Shown here: piece after piece, positions 46,301 to 55,716 of the stretch
How the letters are laid out: every line of letters starts with the position of its first letter
Position numbering within the stretch: the stretch's first letter is position 1
Source of the DNA: an uncultured Thermoproteales archaeon
GTDB lineage: Archaea; Thermoproteota; Thermoprotei; Thermofilales; B20-G17
Length of the DNA stretch: 64,000 nucleotides
Direction of reading: 5' to 3'
NCBI GenBank assembly: GCA_965368245.1
Contig: CBDUMD010000008.1
Location: forward strand, 380 to 64,379
The notes under the pieces: generated by a model
Seen by the model: the letters and a program-made list of their open reading frames with translations, nothing else
What the model was told of the DNA's origin: nothing
Database searches by the model: none
Made by a program: the position numbers and the translations under genes

Positions 46301-46405
46301 GGAAGATTCTCAAAATCAGGCGGAAGCATAAGATTTATTTAAGATCCATTGTAGTCGGCTTTTCAAGGTTTTCTCTTGAACCGGCACTCTTCCTCACGTT
46401 ATTTC

Positions 46406-46876
46406 TTAGGGTATTGAAACCTCGATTCCATAGTATATTGTAGTAAGGTAATATGTGAAGACTGTGAATCCAGCTGCAAGAAAAAGATTGTTAACGGTTT
46501 TCGAGCTTGATTTAAATAACCTGAGGGAGACTTCAAGACTATAGAAAGGCCAGAGAGGGTTAAACGGCATGTAGGTTAATAGGTCTCCAAGTAGATGACA
46601 TAACACGCCACCCAAACCTCCTATGAATCCAGGGATAAAACCGATTCCAGCATACATTGTTATGAAGCCGAAGCATACTCCAGCTACTAGACCCGCCGAA
46701 ATATTGTGAGTGTATCTCCTGTGGGGAATCTCCCATTTAAGGTCGACGTCCGGCAAGGTGGATAAAATAACTATAAACAATGCTGTCAAGAGGGATGTGG
46801 AGTCCTTGAGGTTAAAAAAGTAGAGTATTGCTGAAGTAATGAGAAGAGTTAAGCCGATGTGTCCATTCCTGTTCAT
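46406..46876 (-). CDS. Membrane-bound metal-dependent hydrolase (DUF457/YdjM-like)
   Basis: 'NGHIGLTLL', 'HRRYTHN', 'HLLGDLLTYMP' His-rich motifs within TM helices. Confidence 0.7.
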   Translation of the reverse strand: MNRNGHIGLTLLITSAILYFFNLKDSTSLLTALFIVILSTLPDVDLKWEIPHRRYTHNISAGLVAGVCFGFITMYAGIGFIPGFIGGLGGVLCHLLGDLLTYMPFNPLWPFYSLEVSLRLFKSSSKTVNNLFLAAGFTVFTYYLTTIYYGIEVSIP

Positions 46877-46931
46877 CCCGTATCCCCATGATCAATCTAT
46901 TTTATGTGTATAATTAAGGCTACGATTTCGT

Positions 46932-47582
46932 TCAACCTAAACACACTAGATCCGGTAACCTGAGCACCAACCTGTACTTCTCCACGAGCACAATGTCTTC
47001 TTCTACCTCCCTTAAGCTGACTACAAACGGTAGTATGTCGTCTTTTATGTAGGCTTCCACCGTGCCCGCAACAATGGGTGTCACTGGTTTGAAAACAATT
47101 TCACCCTGTAGCACCCCCTTCCTAGCAGATAACTCCAATATCCCTGTTTTCGAGCCATCTAGGTTGTAGTGTATTTGAATGGGACTTACTATTAGTTTAA
47201 AGTCAAATGAAGCTGCCAGGTCAAACACCAGTTTCATTAACTCGTCTCCCTGCGGTTTAACCATCCAGGCAGATAGTATGAAGAAACCGGGATCCACTCT
47301 GCCTTCAAGATCAAGCCTCACACCAAAAGAATACTTTACTTCCTCTTCAAAGATCCTCCTGTAGGCTTTAATCTTCCACTCTAGAAACTCCTCCATGTAT
47401 TCTGGCCAGGAAGGAAAGGCCCCTACTACACGTGCTCCAGGTGGAGGCACGATCCTAAGCTTACAGCCTGTTATGTCGATGCTGGAAGTTAAGTATGCAA
47501 TACAGTTCTTAAACCCCCATCGATCCAAATCTATCTCAACTATCTTCAACAACTCTACTTTTCTAGGCAAGTCCACCCACAC
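46932..47582 (-). CDS. Hypothetical protein
   Basis: 216-aa ORF with no recognised motif. Confidence 0.45.
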   Translation of the reverse strand: MWVDLPRKVELLKIVEIDLDRWGFKNCIAYLTSSIDITGCKLRIVPPPGARVVGAFPSWPEYMEEFLEWKIKAYRRIFEEEVKYSFGVRLDLEGRVDPGFFILSAWMVKPQGDELMKLVFDLAASFDFKLIVSPIQIHYNLDGSKTGILELSARKGVLQGEIVFKPVTPIVAGTVEAYIKDDILPFVVSLREVEEDIVLVEKYRLVLRLPDLVCLG

Positions 47583-47654
47583 CTAGTTAAACTAGATTAA
47601 TACCTTGCAATATTACTTATAAATCCTCGATAACTCTTAGTTACTGGTGTAAAA

Positions 47655-48380
47655 ATGGTTTTTCTTCTAGGCAAACTGTCGTGGCCGGAGGTTGCCGAAA
47701 TATTAGAAAAAACGGATTTCGTGATTATTCCGGTGGGGTCTCTGGAACAGCATGGGAGACACCTTCCCTTAGACAACGATACTCACACAGCTTTCGAGGT
47801 TTCAGTACGTCTAGCCAAGCATCTAGAGGGAAGGCTGAACATCTTGGTTGCACCGCCTATTCCCTACGGTGTTAGCGGCCACCATATGGATTTCCCGGGT
47901 ACAGTTACCATTGGCAGTGAGACATTAACCAAAATCATTGTGGAGGTCTGTTTGAGTCTGCATAAACATGGGTTCAAGAGATTCCTTATACTAAATGGTC
48001 ATGGCGGAAACACATGTGCGTTGAGATTGGCCGTCAGAAAACTGGTTTTAGAGCACGGTGTGGAAGCATATGCGGTCAACTGGTGGGAGACCGTAAAGGA
48101 CGTTGTAACGGAAATCTATGGGGTGCCGATAACCCATGCTGATGAAGGCGAAACGGCTGTAGCCTACGCGTTGAACCAGAGGGTGGTCGCCGAGGAAGCT
48201 AGAGGGTCGGGAACATACGGTAAGAAAACACAGGTATATACCGTTAAACCCATGAAGGAATACACGTCCACAGGGTCTTTAGGCCATCCAGAGAAAGCTA
48301 CTAAAAAACATGGTGAAAAGATCGTCAGTATAGCTGTGGAGAGGTTAGCTCAAGAACTAATTAAAATAACAGGGAAATAG
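47655..48380 (+). CDS. Creatininase-family amidohydrolase
   Basis: 'IIPVGSLEQHGRHLPLDNDT', 'LNGHGGN', 'HADEGETA' are typical creatininase/ArfB/MftE-family motifs. Confidence 0.8.
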   Translation: MVFLLGKLSWPEVAEILEKTDFVIIPVGSLEQHGRHLPLDNDTHTAFEVSVRLAKHLEGRLNILVAPPIPYGVSGHHMDFPGTVTIGSETLTKIIVEVCLSLHKHGFKRFLILNGHGGNTCALRLAVRKLVLEHGVEAYAVNWWETVKDVVTEIYGVPITHADEGETAVAYALNQRVVAEEARGSGTYGKKTQVYTVKPMKEYTSTGSLGHPEKATKKHGEKIVSIAVERLAQELIKITGK

Positions 48381-48499
48381 CTTCATAAGGCTAAATTTAC
48401 GGGTGATTATGGTTTCTTTTAAGAAAATTACAGTACATAGTCATTTTTATATTAACATGGAACTTTAAAGTAACTAAGGATTTAAGCGGGAGGGAGAGC

Positions 48500-49399
48500 A
48501 TGGGAAAAGGGGTCGTTGTCTTCGACTCCGTAACCAAGAGGTTTGGGGAAGTAACTGCATTGGATAAAATTTCCTTTACATTGAGGAGAGGCTTGAATTT
48601 TCTTGTGGGCCCTAATGGTTCTGGTAAAAGCACAGCCATAAACATAATGCTTGGATTGATGAAACAGGATGCGGGGTTCGTTGAGGTTATGGGCGAGGAG
48701 CCGAGAAAGGTGGTTGAGAAAGGTCTTGTTGGAGCTTTACCCGAGAAATATCACTTCTATGACTTCATGACTGGAGTCGAGTATCTTTCGCTGGTAGCTG
48801 AGATAAAGGGTGCTTCAAGAGACGATGTGAAGGAGTTGATAGATGCACTTTCGCTAGGAGACTATGTCAATAAGGTCATTAGAGGGTACTCTAAGGGCAC
48901 CCTCCAGAAGGTGGCTATAGTACAGGCATTGTTAGGCGATCCCCCATTACTGATCCTAGATGAACCGTTCGCTAACCTGGATTTCTGGACCTCGAGGAAA
49001 TTGATCGATATTTTAAGGGATAAAGCAAAGAAAAATGTAAGTGTAGTTCTAAGCACGCATGCTTTAAGCCACATCAAGGGTTTAAACGGATACACTGTTG
49101 TGGTCAGAAAGGGTAGGATTGTTAAAGTAGGCTACGCCGATGAAGTTCTTGGTAAACTCTGGAGAACCGCAGTCGTTAAGACAAGTGAGCCGGAGAAAAT
49201 AGTCAACCGGCTGGTTAAACTGGGCTTAAAAGCCAGGCTCAGTAAAAGAGGGCTAGTTGTGGTGGTGCTTGAAGACGAGGAAGAGAGGACGAAGCTCTGG
49301 GAGACCGTCAAAGATCTGGGGTTACTTGAAAGCGTGGAGATAAGTTACGGGGTCCTCGATGAGGACGAAGCCTTTGACATGGTGATGCAGGTTGATTAA
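48500..49399 (+). CDS. ABC transporter ATP-binding protein
   Basis: Walker A 'GPNGSGKST', signature 'YSKGTLQKV', Walker B 'LLILDEPFANLD'. Confidence 0.85.
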   Translation: MGKGVVVFDSVTKRFGEVTALDKISFTLRRGLNFLVGPNGSGKSTAINIMLGLMKQDAGFVEVMGEEPRKVVEKGLVGALPEKYHFYDFMTGVEYLSLVAEIKGASRDDVKELIDALSLGDYVNKVIRGYSKGTLQKVAIVQALLGDPPLLILDEPFANLDFWTSRKLIDILRDKAKKNVSVVLSTHALSHIKGLNGYTVVVRKGRIVKVGYADEVLGKLWRTAVVKTSEPEKIVNRLVKLGLKARLSKRGLVVVVLEDEEERTKLWETVKDLGLLESVEISYGVLDEDEAFDMVMQVD

Positions 49400-50132
49400 A
49401 CTGGTTTTAGCGGAACTTAGAGAATTAACCAGGTTTCCTTTAATCGACATATGCCTTACAGCTACGCTCATCATGGTTTCTCTAGGGATGCTTTGGATGA
49501 TTCCTGTAGCCGAACCTTCTGCATCCCAGTCCATCGTCGATACTCTGCTGAAGCAGGTATTGTTCTATGGCTTCAATTCAGCGCAAATATTTATAGCATT
49601 TCTGCTTGCCATCACATCCTCGCTTTCCATTGCAAGGGACTATGAGATGGGGAAAATGCATGTACTTCTCACCCTTCCGGTTTCCCGGAAAAGCTATCTC
49701 CTAAGTAAAATCATTTCAAGTCTAATATTGTCTCTGGTAGCTTCAGCCTTTTCGCTGGCTGTTGGCGTTATACCAAACTTTTACTTTAACTTGGGTAAGT
49801 TGCCGTCACCTTACATCCAGACCCTTACGGCGATAGTTTTACTGTCCATGTTCTATATGTCGATTTTCCTTCCCATAACCCTCATACTAAAGAAAACTTT
49901 ACCTTCAATATTGACGTCTATAGCGGTGGCGCTGGCCATCGAGGCAGGTTCCAAGCTTATCGGCGAACAATATGGATTTCTACCCACCCTCTGCTACTCC
50001 AAGCTAGCATATTATCTTCTGGGTTTAGGTAGCCTAGACACATGGGTGTTCATTGCCTCTATACTGTATCCGATACCCTTCCTTCTAGCCGGTATATGGT
50101 ATTTTGATAAAAGGTTCGAGGTGGGCAAGTGA
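49392..50132 (+). CDS. ABC-2 type permease
   Basis: Six-TM protein. Overlaps the ATPase gene by 8 nt and the next gene by 4 nt. Confidence 0.65.
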   Translation: MIKLVLAELRELTRFPLIDICLTATLIMVSLGMLWMIPVAEPSASQSIVDTLLKQVLFYGFNSAQIFIAFLLAITSSLSIARDYEMGKMHVLLTLPVSRKSYLLSKIISSLILSLVASAFSLAVGVIPNFYFNLGKLPSPYIQTLTAIVLLSMFYMSIFLPITLILKKTLPSILTSIAVALAIEAGSKLIGEQYGFLPTLCYSKLAYYLLGLGSLDTWVFIASILYPIPFLLAGIWYFDKRFEVGK

Positions 50133-50656
50133 TGATGAAGGTGGCTAGGTTGGGTTTTATTCTCCTAGCCTTATCGCTGGTCTTCTACTTGGGTGCTATA
50201 AAGGGTAGCTTCAACGTCATGAGAACAGCGATCCGCTATCCTACTACAACATACTGGATTTACTTATCACCGGTTAAAGGCTACGTGAACTTAACGCTAG
50301 GTGTTTTCCCCGGTGGTCCGGGGAGGGGTGTTGTGGTTTCGAGGGAGAGTGTATGGGTGGAGATCTACGATCCTTACGGCCAACTTCTCGTAAACACATC
50401 CCTAAATCTACCCTACTCTATAAGTCTTCAACCCGACGTTAGAGGACTCTACAAGCTGGTTTTATACAATGTTTCTCCATCAAACTCTAGTATACCCATA
50501 CTCATTGAAGCAAGAGGAATAGAATCCGATAAACTTCTAGCAGCTGAGGTAAGCCTCCTCATGGGAGCCATGATGGTTCTCCTACAGCCTATCTTAACAG
50601 CCATATCTAGAAGGCTTCACCATGCTAAAATGACGACTACAAATAAAGAGGAGTAG
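50129..50656 (+). CDS. Bitopic membrane protein with a small extracellular beta-sandwich (PPC-like)
   Basis: N-terminal TM 'LGFILLALSLVFYLGAI'. Beta segment 'VWVEIYDPYGQLLVNTS..LYKLVLYNVSPS'. C-terminal TM 'VSLLMGAMMVLLQPILTAI'. Confidence 0.5.
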   Translation: MMMKVARLGFILLALSLVFYLGAIKGSFNVMRTAIRYPTTTYWIYLSPVKGYVNLTLGVFPGGPGRGVVVSRESVWVEIYDPYGQLLVNTSLNLPYSISLQPDVRGLYKLVLYNVSPSNSSIPILIEARGIESDKLLAAEVSLLMGAMMVLLQPILTAISRRLHHAKMTTTNKEE

Positions 50657-50695
50657 CCCTGTTAGCAAGCCTTTTTAGCATGCTTATCTTATAGG

Positions 50696-51925
50696 ATGCC
50701 TCGGGAGAGGGGACAGGCCATGGGGGTTTCTTTCAGGGAAATCGCAACTGGAACCATAATACTTTTGCTGATATTTTCCTGTAGTGTCATGCCACTAGGA
50801 CTCCTGGATGTTTATGGCGTCAAAAGGATGTTTCAGCAGCCTTTAGCAAACACAAGGTATTCTTTGAACACGGTTTCGGTGAACCTGACAGGGGTGGCGT
50901 GGGATCACACCATACTTTCAGTTGTAGTGATCACCGACCCCTCCATACCCAGCAACTATGTTGAAGCCGTAGCAGAAGCCTTCCATGTATGGGATGAAGC
51001 TCTAGAGGCCTTTGCAAACGAATACGGGTACACGTACCTGAAATCCTTCAAGTTTACAATAGAATATTCATCGACCGTGCTTCCAAGAGACATTATAGTG
51101 TATTTCAGTGACACCCCAGCTACACCGGGAGGAGAGTTGGGGGTGGCTGAAACCACCTTTTCCCAGAGCACTAAAAAGATAGTCCACGTGGATATAACCA
51201 TCCACACGCAATATGCTACAGGCTCAGGCTCCATTCACACACTTTCTTCCACGGACATATTTAATATAGCTGTACATGAAATAGGCCATGCCCTGGGGCT
51301 AGGCCACGCGAACACGATGACCGTGAATAACGAGGGACGCGAGTTGATGTACCCTGAATATGCCCCCGGCTCCCCTAAAATGTATCCATCCACGCTTGAT
51401 GCCTATGGCCTAGCCGTCGTATACTCGTGGTTGGATGAAGGGGTTTTCTCGGCCCCCTCCACCATTACGGTCACCTTACCTGCCAGCATACCCTACCGTA
51501 TTCTCCTAACCTATAGGGTTAACGTTTTCTCCCAGTATGGTAATGTTTCGGGTGGAGGGGTGTATTTAAGGGGCTCCGAAATCGAGGTAAGTGTCTCAAA
51601 CACCATAGTATACCTTAATGAAGGCACTAGGGCTGTTTTTAAGGGATGGACGGGTGACGTATACTCCGAGAACCCAGTCATCAACATAACGGTTACACGG
51701 GACATAAGTATCTACGCTATATGGGAGGTACAACACTACGTTTCAATAGACGGAGTCTATGCGGATACAAATGTCACCTCTGGATGGTATAAGGATGGAT
51801 CCATGTTGGTTGTAGGTGTGTTAAAGACCATGGTGGATCACGGCAACGGGACTAGGAGGATTTTCATTGGCTGGGGGTGGAACAGTTGCTACAGAGGAAA
51901 CTGTGATAAAAGTAGCGGTAAATGA
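50696..51925 (+). CDS. Secreted metzincin (matrixin/M10-like) zinc protease with InlB-type B-repeats; N-terminal part of a frameshift-split gene
   Basis: Signal/TM 'IATGTIILLLIFSCSVMPLGLL'. Zinc site 'VHEIGHALGLGH' (HExxHxxGxxH), with a Met-turn candidate 'LMYP' downstream. Repeats ending 'F.GW.G......I.V......A.W'. Confidence 0.75.
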   Translation: MPRERGQAMGVSFREIATGTIILLLIFSCSVMPLGLLDVYGVKRMFQQPLANTRYSLNTVSVNLTGVAWDHTILSVVVITDPSIPSNYVEAVAEAFHVWDEALEAFANEYGYTYLKSFKFTIEYSSTVLPRDIIVYFSDTPATPGGELGVAETTFSQSTKKIVHVDITIHTQYATGSGSIHTLSSTDIFNIAVHEIGHALGLGHANTMTVNNEGRELMYPEYAPGSPKMYPSTLDAYGLAVVYSWLDEGVFSAPSTITVTLPASIPYRILLTYRVNVFSQYGNVSGGGVYLRGSEIEVSVSNTIVYLNEGTRAVFKGWTGDVYSENPVINITVTRDISIYAIWEVQHYVSIDGVYADTNVTSGWYKDGSMLVVGVLKTMVDHGNGTRRIFIGWGWNSCYRGNCDKSSGK

Positions 51926-53015
51926 ACCTATACGGTTGACGGCCCTATGGGAAACCCAGTATTTCGTTGAAGTTAAAGGCGTTTACTCGGACACAAACTT
52001 TACCTCGGGATGGGTGTCCAGGGGTGTGGAATTGAACGTGAAGCTCATGGAAGAGGAAATAGTGATGGATAATAAGACTAGGCTGGTTTTCATCGGATGG
52101 AATGGAAGTCTCAGAGAAAATCCCCTCAAAATACAGGTGAATAAACCACTGCTCCTCGTGGCCGAATGGATGGTGCAGTACTGGGTGGAGGTTACAGACC
52201 CTTTAGGCATAATCGACTTGACAAGCGGCTGGTACAATAAATCCTCGGAAATAAATGTGGCTCCAAGCAGGATCAAGGTCGATTACGGTAACGGTACAAG
52301 AAAAGTCTTCGAAAAATGGCTTGTAGGCAACCAAACCTTAGAGTCACTAAGATTGGGAATAAAAGTGGATAAACCCTTAACCATAGCCTACAGCTGGTAT
52401 ACAGAACACTTGCTCGAGATCCACCTCCATGATACAGAAGGTGAACCCCTTGAAGGTGAAGTACATCTAAGTTTATCGGGCTTAGAATACGGTTTCCAGG
52501 CGTTTTTCAACGGGACCAGAGTATGGTTGAGAGAAGGAGTCTGGAATATAGGTAAAACACTATACTGGGTGTTCGACCCCGAGACCGGTGAAAGGCTGCG
52601 TGAACTAGAAGCCTCCTCAGTTAATATCACCCTCAACGCACTTAACCCTAGAACCGTTAACATAGTATTGCGGGTGTATAAAGTCGAATTCACTATAGTC
52701 GATTACCTAGGTGTACCCGTTCCATGGGCTTCGGTGACAATACCATTGGTAAACAAAAGCTGGGTTTCGACGCCCACCGGGTATGTAGTTTCACTGAAGC
52801 TTCCCGAGGGGAGAATAGAGGTCAAAATAAACTTCATGGGATTAGAATACACCGATTATATCGATGTGAAGGGGGAGGAAAAAGTGTTCATAAGGATACC
52901 TTGCAGTGCATATACTTTGGTAGCAGGCCTGATTACAGGGACTGTGGTAGCGGTGTTGGCTAAAAGAAAGATAAAGGTTAAAAAAGAAGACGAATCCGAG
53001 GATGAGTTTAGATAA
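51867..53015 (+). CDS. C-terminal part of the split metzincin: further B-repeat-like domains and a TM anchor
   Basis: Continues the repeat series ('LTALWETQYFVEVKGVYSDTNFTSGW', 'RLVFIGWNGSLRENPLKIQVNKPLLLVAEWMVQYWVEV', 'RKVFEKWLVGNQ..IAYSWYTEH'). Anchor 'YTLVAGLITGTVVAVLA'. The TTG 'start' lies inside a repeat unit. Confidence 0.7.
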   Translation: MAGGGTVATEETVIKVAVNEPIRLTALWETQYFVEVKGVYSDTNFTSGWVSRGVELNVKLMEEEIVMDNKTRLVFIGWNGSLRENPLKIQVNKPLLLVAEWMVQYWVEVTDPLGIIDLTSGWYNKSSEINVAPSRIKVDYGNGTRKVFEKWLVGNQTLESLRLGIKVDKPLTIAYSWYTEHLLEIHLHDTEGEPLEGEVHLSLSGLEYGFQAFFNGTRVWLREGVWNIGKTLYWVFDPETGERLRELEASSVNITLNALNPRTVNIVLRVYKVEFTIVDYLGVPVPWASVTIPLVNKSWVSTPTGYVVSLKLPEGRIEVKINFMGLEYTDYIDVKGEEKVFIRIPCSAYTLVAGLITGTVVAVLAKRKIKVKKEDESEDEFR

Positions 53016-54438
53016 TACCGGTAATCTTCTTCTTTAATATTGTGTGGAGGGTGTCCCTGAAACACTGGTTTAACTTTAATGCACCGTAAAATACGAGAAG
53101 GGTTCCGGTTACGGCGAAGGCTACTTTAACCCAGGAACGTTCAACGATTCCTTCGTTGAACTCCACTACCGGCTCATATTTTATGGTTAACATTCCATTA
53201 CTATAGTTTAGTGACAGTATTTTCCTGTCCTTCATGCTCCACAAGCTTTCAGTTAAACCTAGCTTGCGGAGGGTTGCGGTAATAACTACAGTAAGGTTGT
53301 CTCCCTCCTTTATGCTCAACTTATCTTCTATAGGGGATAGTCCTATCCCTAGGCTGTATTTTTCGCCTACTTTAATCGACTCCCAAGAGGATTCGTTTTC
53401 AAAGTGTTTATAAAAGTCTACAAAACCGTTTACTGCAAACGGATAATTGTTATAGTCTATTACCAGTACCTGTATTTCTACCTCACCTTTCTTTAGCTCG
53501 GATGAGAAGTAGTATTCTGTTGTATTGGCTGTGGCTGTAGGCCAGCTCATACCATCGACCTTAATGTTTTTAGCTAAAACTATCACCATACTTGTTTTCC
53601 TGGTGCCGATCTGGACTATGAGTGCAGAGAAAATTAATACTAGTCCTAGCATGAATACTGTGTAGTGTAGATGTTTCCTCTTAAACTTTCTTCTAAATAA
53701 GCCAACTGTAATAAAGAGTATTGTAGCGGCTAGCAGGGCTTTCGCATAGATCCTCGACCTGTTTAAAACTGCGGGTGGAATAGTGTATGTTTTAAATTGT
53801 AGGATGATATGTGGATCCCAGGAGCCTATACTCGCGTTAACTACCTCCATATCCCTATAGAATACTTGAGTCTTCAGAAACTCGTGTTCCGTAGTATATG
53901 TTTCTATGGACCATCCGTTGAAAACCTCTAGAAGCAGGGTACCCTTCAGGATTAGGGTGAAGCTACCGGTTTCCAGTCCAGTCAAATTATAGACCAATGG
54001 TAGAAGCTCGCTTACACTAAACTTCTTGAACTCTATTGAACTATAAAGGTCCTTTGCAAGCCGATAAAATTCATTTAACCTGAAGTAGAGGGATTGAGGT
54101 TTAATTAAGAGACCGTTTAGAGAGCCCTGGAGCCCCTTTAAATCCCTTATAACACCGATATCGTCCACATATATTTCTTTGGACCCTACATCCAGGTATC
54201 TTCTGACTATTAGGGTGCTGGCCACCACTAATGGAGGTTTTCCATCGGGGGATTCTACGAGAAACCCGAAGCTCAGGTCATCTCCTATATAGAAGTCTCC
54301 CTGTACGAATCCTCCCTCATGGGGGAGTGTTTCGTTGCCATGCTTCAGCCCAACATGAAGTGCGAGTTTTAGGGAGGAATCTACGTGGCCTTTCGCTACG
54401 AGAGGTTCAAGAGTAAAGAACGCTGAGGACAGAATCAA
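53008..54438 (-). CDS. Membrane protein with two extracellular beta-rich regions separated by TM helices
   Basis: 476-aa ORF. Central TMs 'ALLAATILFITVGLF' and 'TVFMLGLVLIFSALIVQI', C-terminal TM 'VAFAVTGTLLVFYGAL'. TTG start. An upstream in-frame segment looks like the missing part of a signal peptide. Confidence 0.5.
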   Translation of the reverse strand: MILSSAFFTLEPLVAKGHVDSSLKLALHVGLKHGNETLPHEGGFVQGDFYIGDDLSFGFLVESPDGKPPLVVASTLIVRRYLDVGSKEIYVDDIGVIRDLKGLQGSLNGLLIKPQSLYFRLNEFYRLAKDLYSSIEFKKFSVSELLPLVYNLTGLETGSFTLILKGTLLLEVFNGWSIETYTTEHEFLKTQVFYRDMEVVNASIGSWDPHIILQFKTYTIPPAVLNRSRIYAKALLAATILFITVGLFRRKFKRKHLHYTVFMLGLVLIFSALIVQIGTRKTSMVIVLAKNIKVDGMSWPTATANTTEYYFSSELKKGEVEIQVLVIDYNNYPFAVNGFVDFYKHFENESSWESIKVGEKYSLGIGLSPIEDKLSIKEGDNLTVVITATLRKLGLTESLWSMKDRKILSLNYSNGMLTIKYEPVVEFNEGIVERSWVKVAFAVTGTLLVFYGALKLNQCFRDTLHTILKKKITGII

Positions 54439-54788
54439 CGCCAGTAAAATGATCCAGTATGCCGGGATCCTGATCTTATCTCACCTATATATTATAGACA
54501 CTTGAATAAATATATGTTTTACTTTTCAGGACTGTTCTACGGGCCGTTTAAAGTCAGCAGTATACTACCTTTTGATCAGCTCTAGGGAACTAGGGTTTTG
54601 TTTCCAAAGTTACAAAATATCAAGGAACCGGAACAGGTGAACCCTGAGGATTTTATTGAGAATTTTTGCTCCGCGGTTAAGGAGAAGCTCGTTGAGAAGG
54701 TTGAATTAGAAAGATTGATAGAGGATGAAGTCGACAGTAAAGGTAATACTTATATGATTTTTCTTACAATTTATAATATGTGGTAAAA

Positions 54789-55025
54789 ATGAGTATTGTA
54801 AAACTATCATCAAAAGGGCAGATCGTTATCCCAGCAAAAATAAGGAAAGAGCTGGATCTTTCGAAGGGAGATAAACTATTGCTCGAGAGAAGAGGGAATG
54901 AAATAATCTTGAAACCTATAGTTAAGTTGTCAAGGTTGAGGGGTGTTGACAAGATAGAGGGAGCGTCAGAGGAAATTGAAAACATGAGGAAGGAGTGGGA
55001 TAAGGAGTTCAAGGCTAGACAATGA
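54789..55025 (+). CDS. vapB: AbrB/SpoVT-type antitoxin (VapB-like)
   Basis: 'SIVKLSSKGQIVIPAKIRKELDLSKGDKLLLERRGNEIILKP'. Overlaps the PIN gene by 4 nt. I prefer the ATG at 54789 to the track's GTG at 54780. Confidence 0.75.
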   Translation: MSIVKLSSKGQIVIPAKIRKELDLSKGDKLLLERRGNEIILKPIVKLSRLRGVDKIEGASEEIENMRKEWDKEFKARQ

Positions 55026-55411
55026 AGTATCTATTCGACACTAAAGCATTGATTGCATTCTTCAATGATGAGGATGGAGCGGAATTTGTATATGATCTTT
55101 TGAAAGGAGTTGACGAGGATAAGATAGAGGGGTTCATAAGCTCCATAACACTAACGGAGATTTACTATCTTTATAGGAGGAAGGTTGGAGAAAAAATAGC
55201 TAGAAAGAGGGTGGAGCAAATAAGGTTATCAAACCTGAAGATTGTTCCAATAGACGAGGAAATAGCATTAAAAGCAGGAGAATACAAGGTGAAAGCAATT
55301 CCAATAGCCGATGCCCTGATAGCTGCAACCGCTTATTCTATCGGCGCTAAGGTTGTAACCGACGACAAACACTTCGAAGGACTAGACATTAAAGTAGTGA
55401 AGTTCAGGTAA
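55022..55411 (+). CDS. vapC: PIN-domain toxin VapC
   Basis: 'YLFDTKALIAFF', 'ITLTEIYY', 'IADALIAATAYSIGAKVVTDD'. Confidence 0.85.
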   Translation: MKYLFDTKALIAFFNDEDGAEFVYDLLKGVDEDKIEGFISSITLTEIYYLYRRKVGEKIARKRVEQIRLSNLKIVPIDEEIALKAGEYKVKAIPIADALIAATAYSIGAKVVTDDKHFEGLDIKVVKFR

Positions 55412-55716
55412 CCGCTAACCCTATACTGTAGAAGGGATATGAGAAAAATCACTATGCCTACCATATGGCGTGACGGCTTCTTCAAATAAATATAAAGAAG
55501 ATTTAATGGTTACATGTTTACTCTAGATCATCAATTAAGTGGAGAGAAGTTGAAGGTGCCGGGGGTAACCTTAAAATTATGAGAAGCATCAGTATATCGG
55601 CTGTCAGTGAATATATAATCAAGACAGTGGTTTTTATACTATCCTTTGGCTACTGCTCATTTAGTATAATATACCTATTATTATAATATATCTTGAGAAA
55701 GGTTTCTAGGGGGTGG

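Noticed and set aside
54598-54786. 62-aa + strand ORF upstream of the AbrB-type antitoxin
   Set aside because: It has a TTG start and no upstream signal or recognisable motif, and its end overlaps the vapB start region. It could be real, but it is unsupported.
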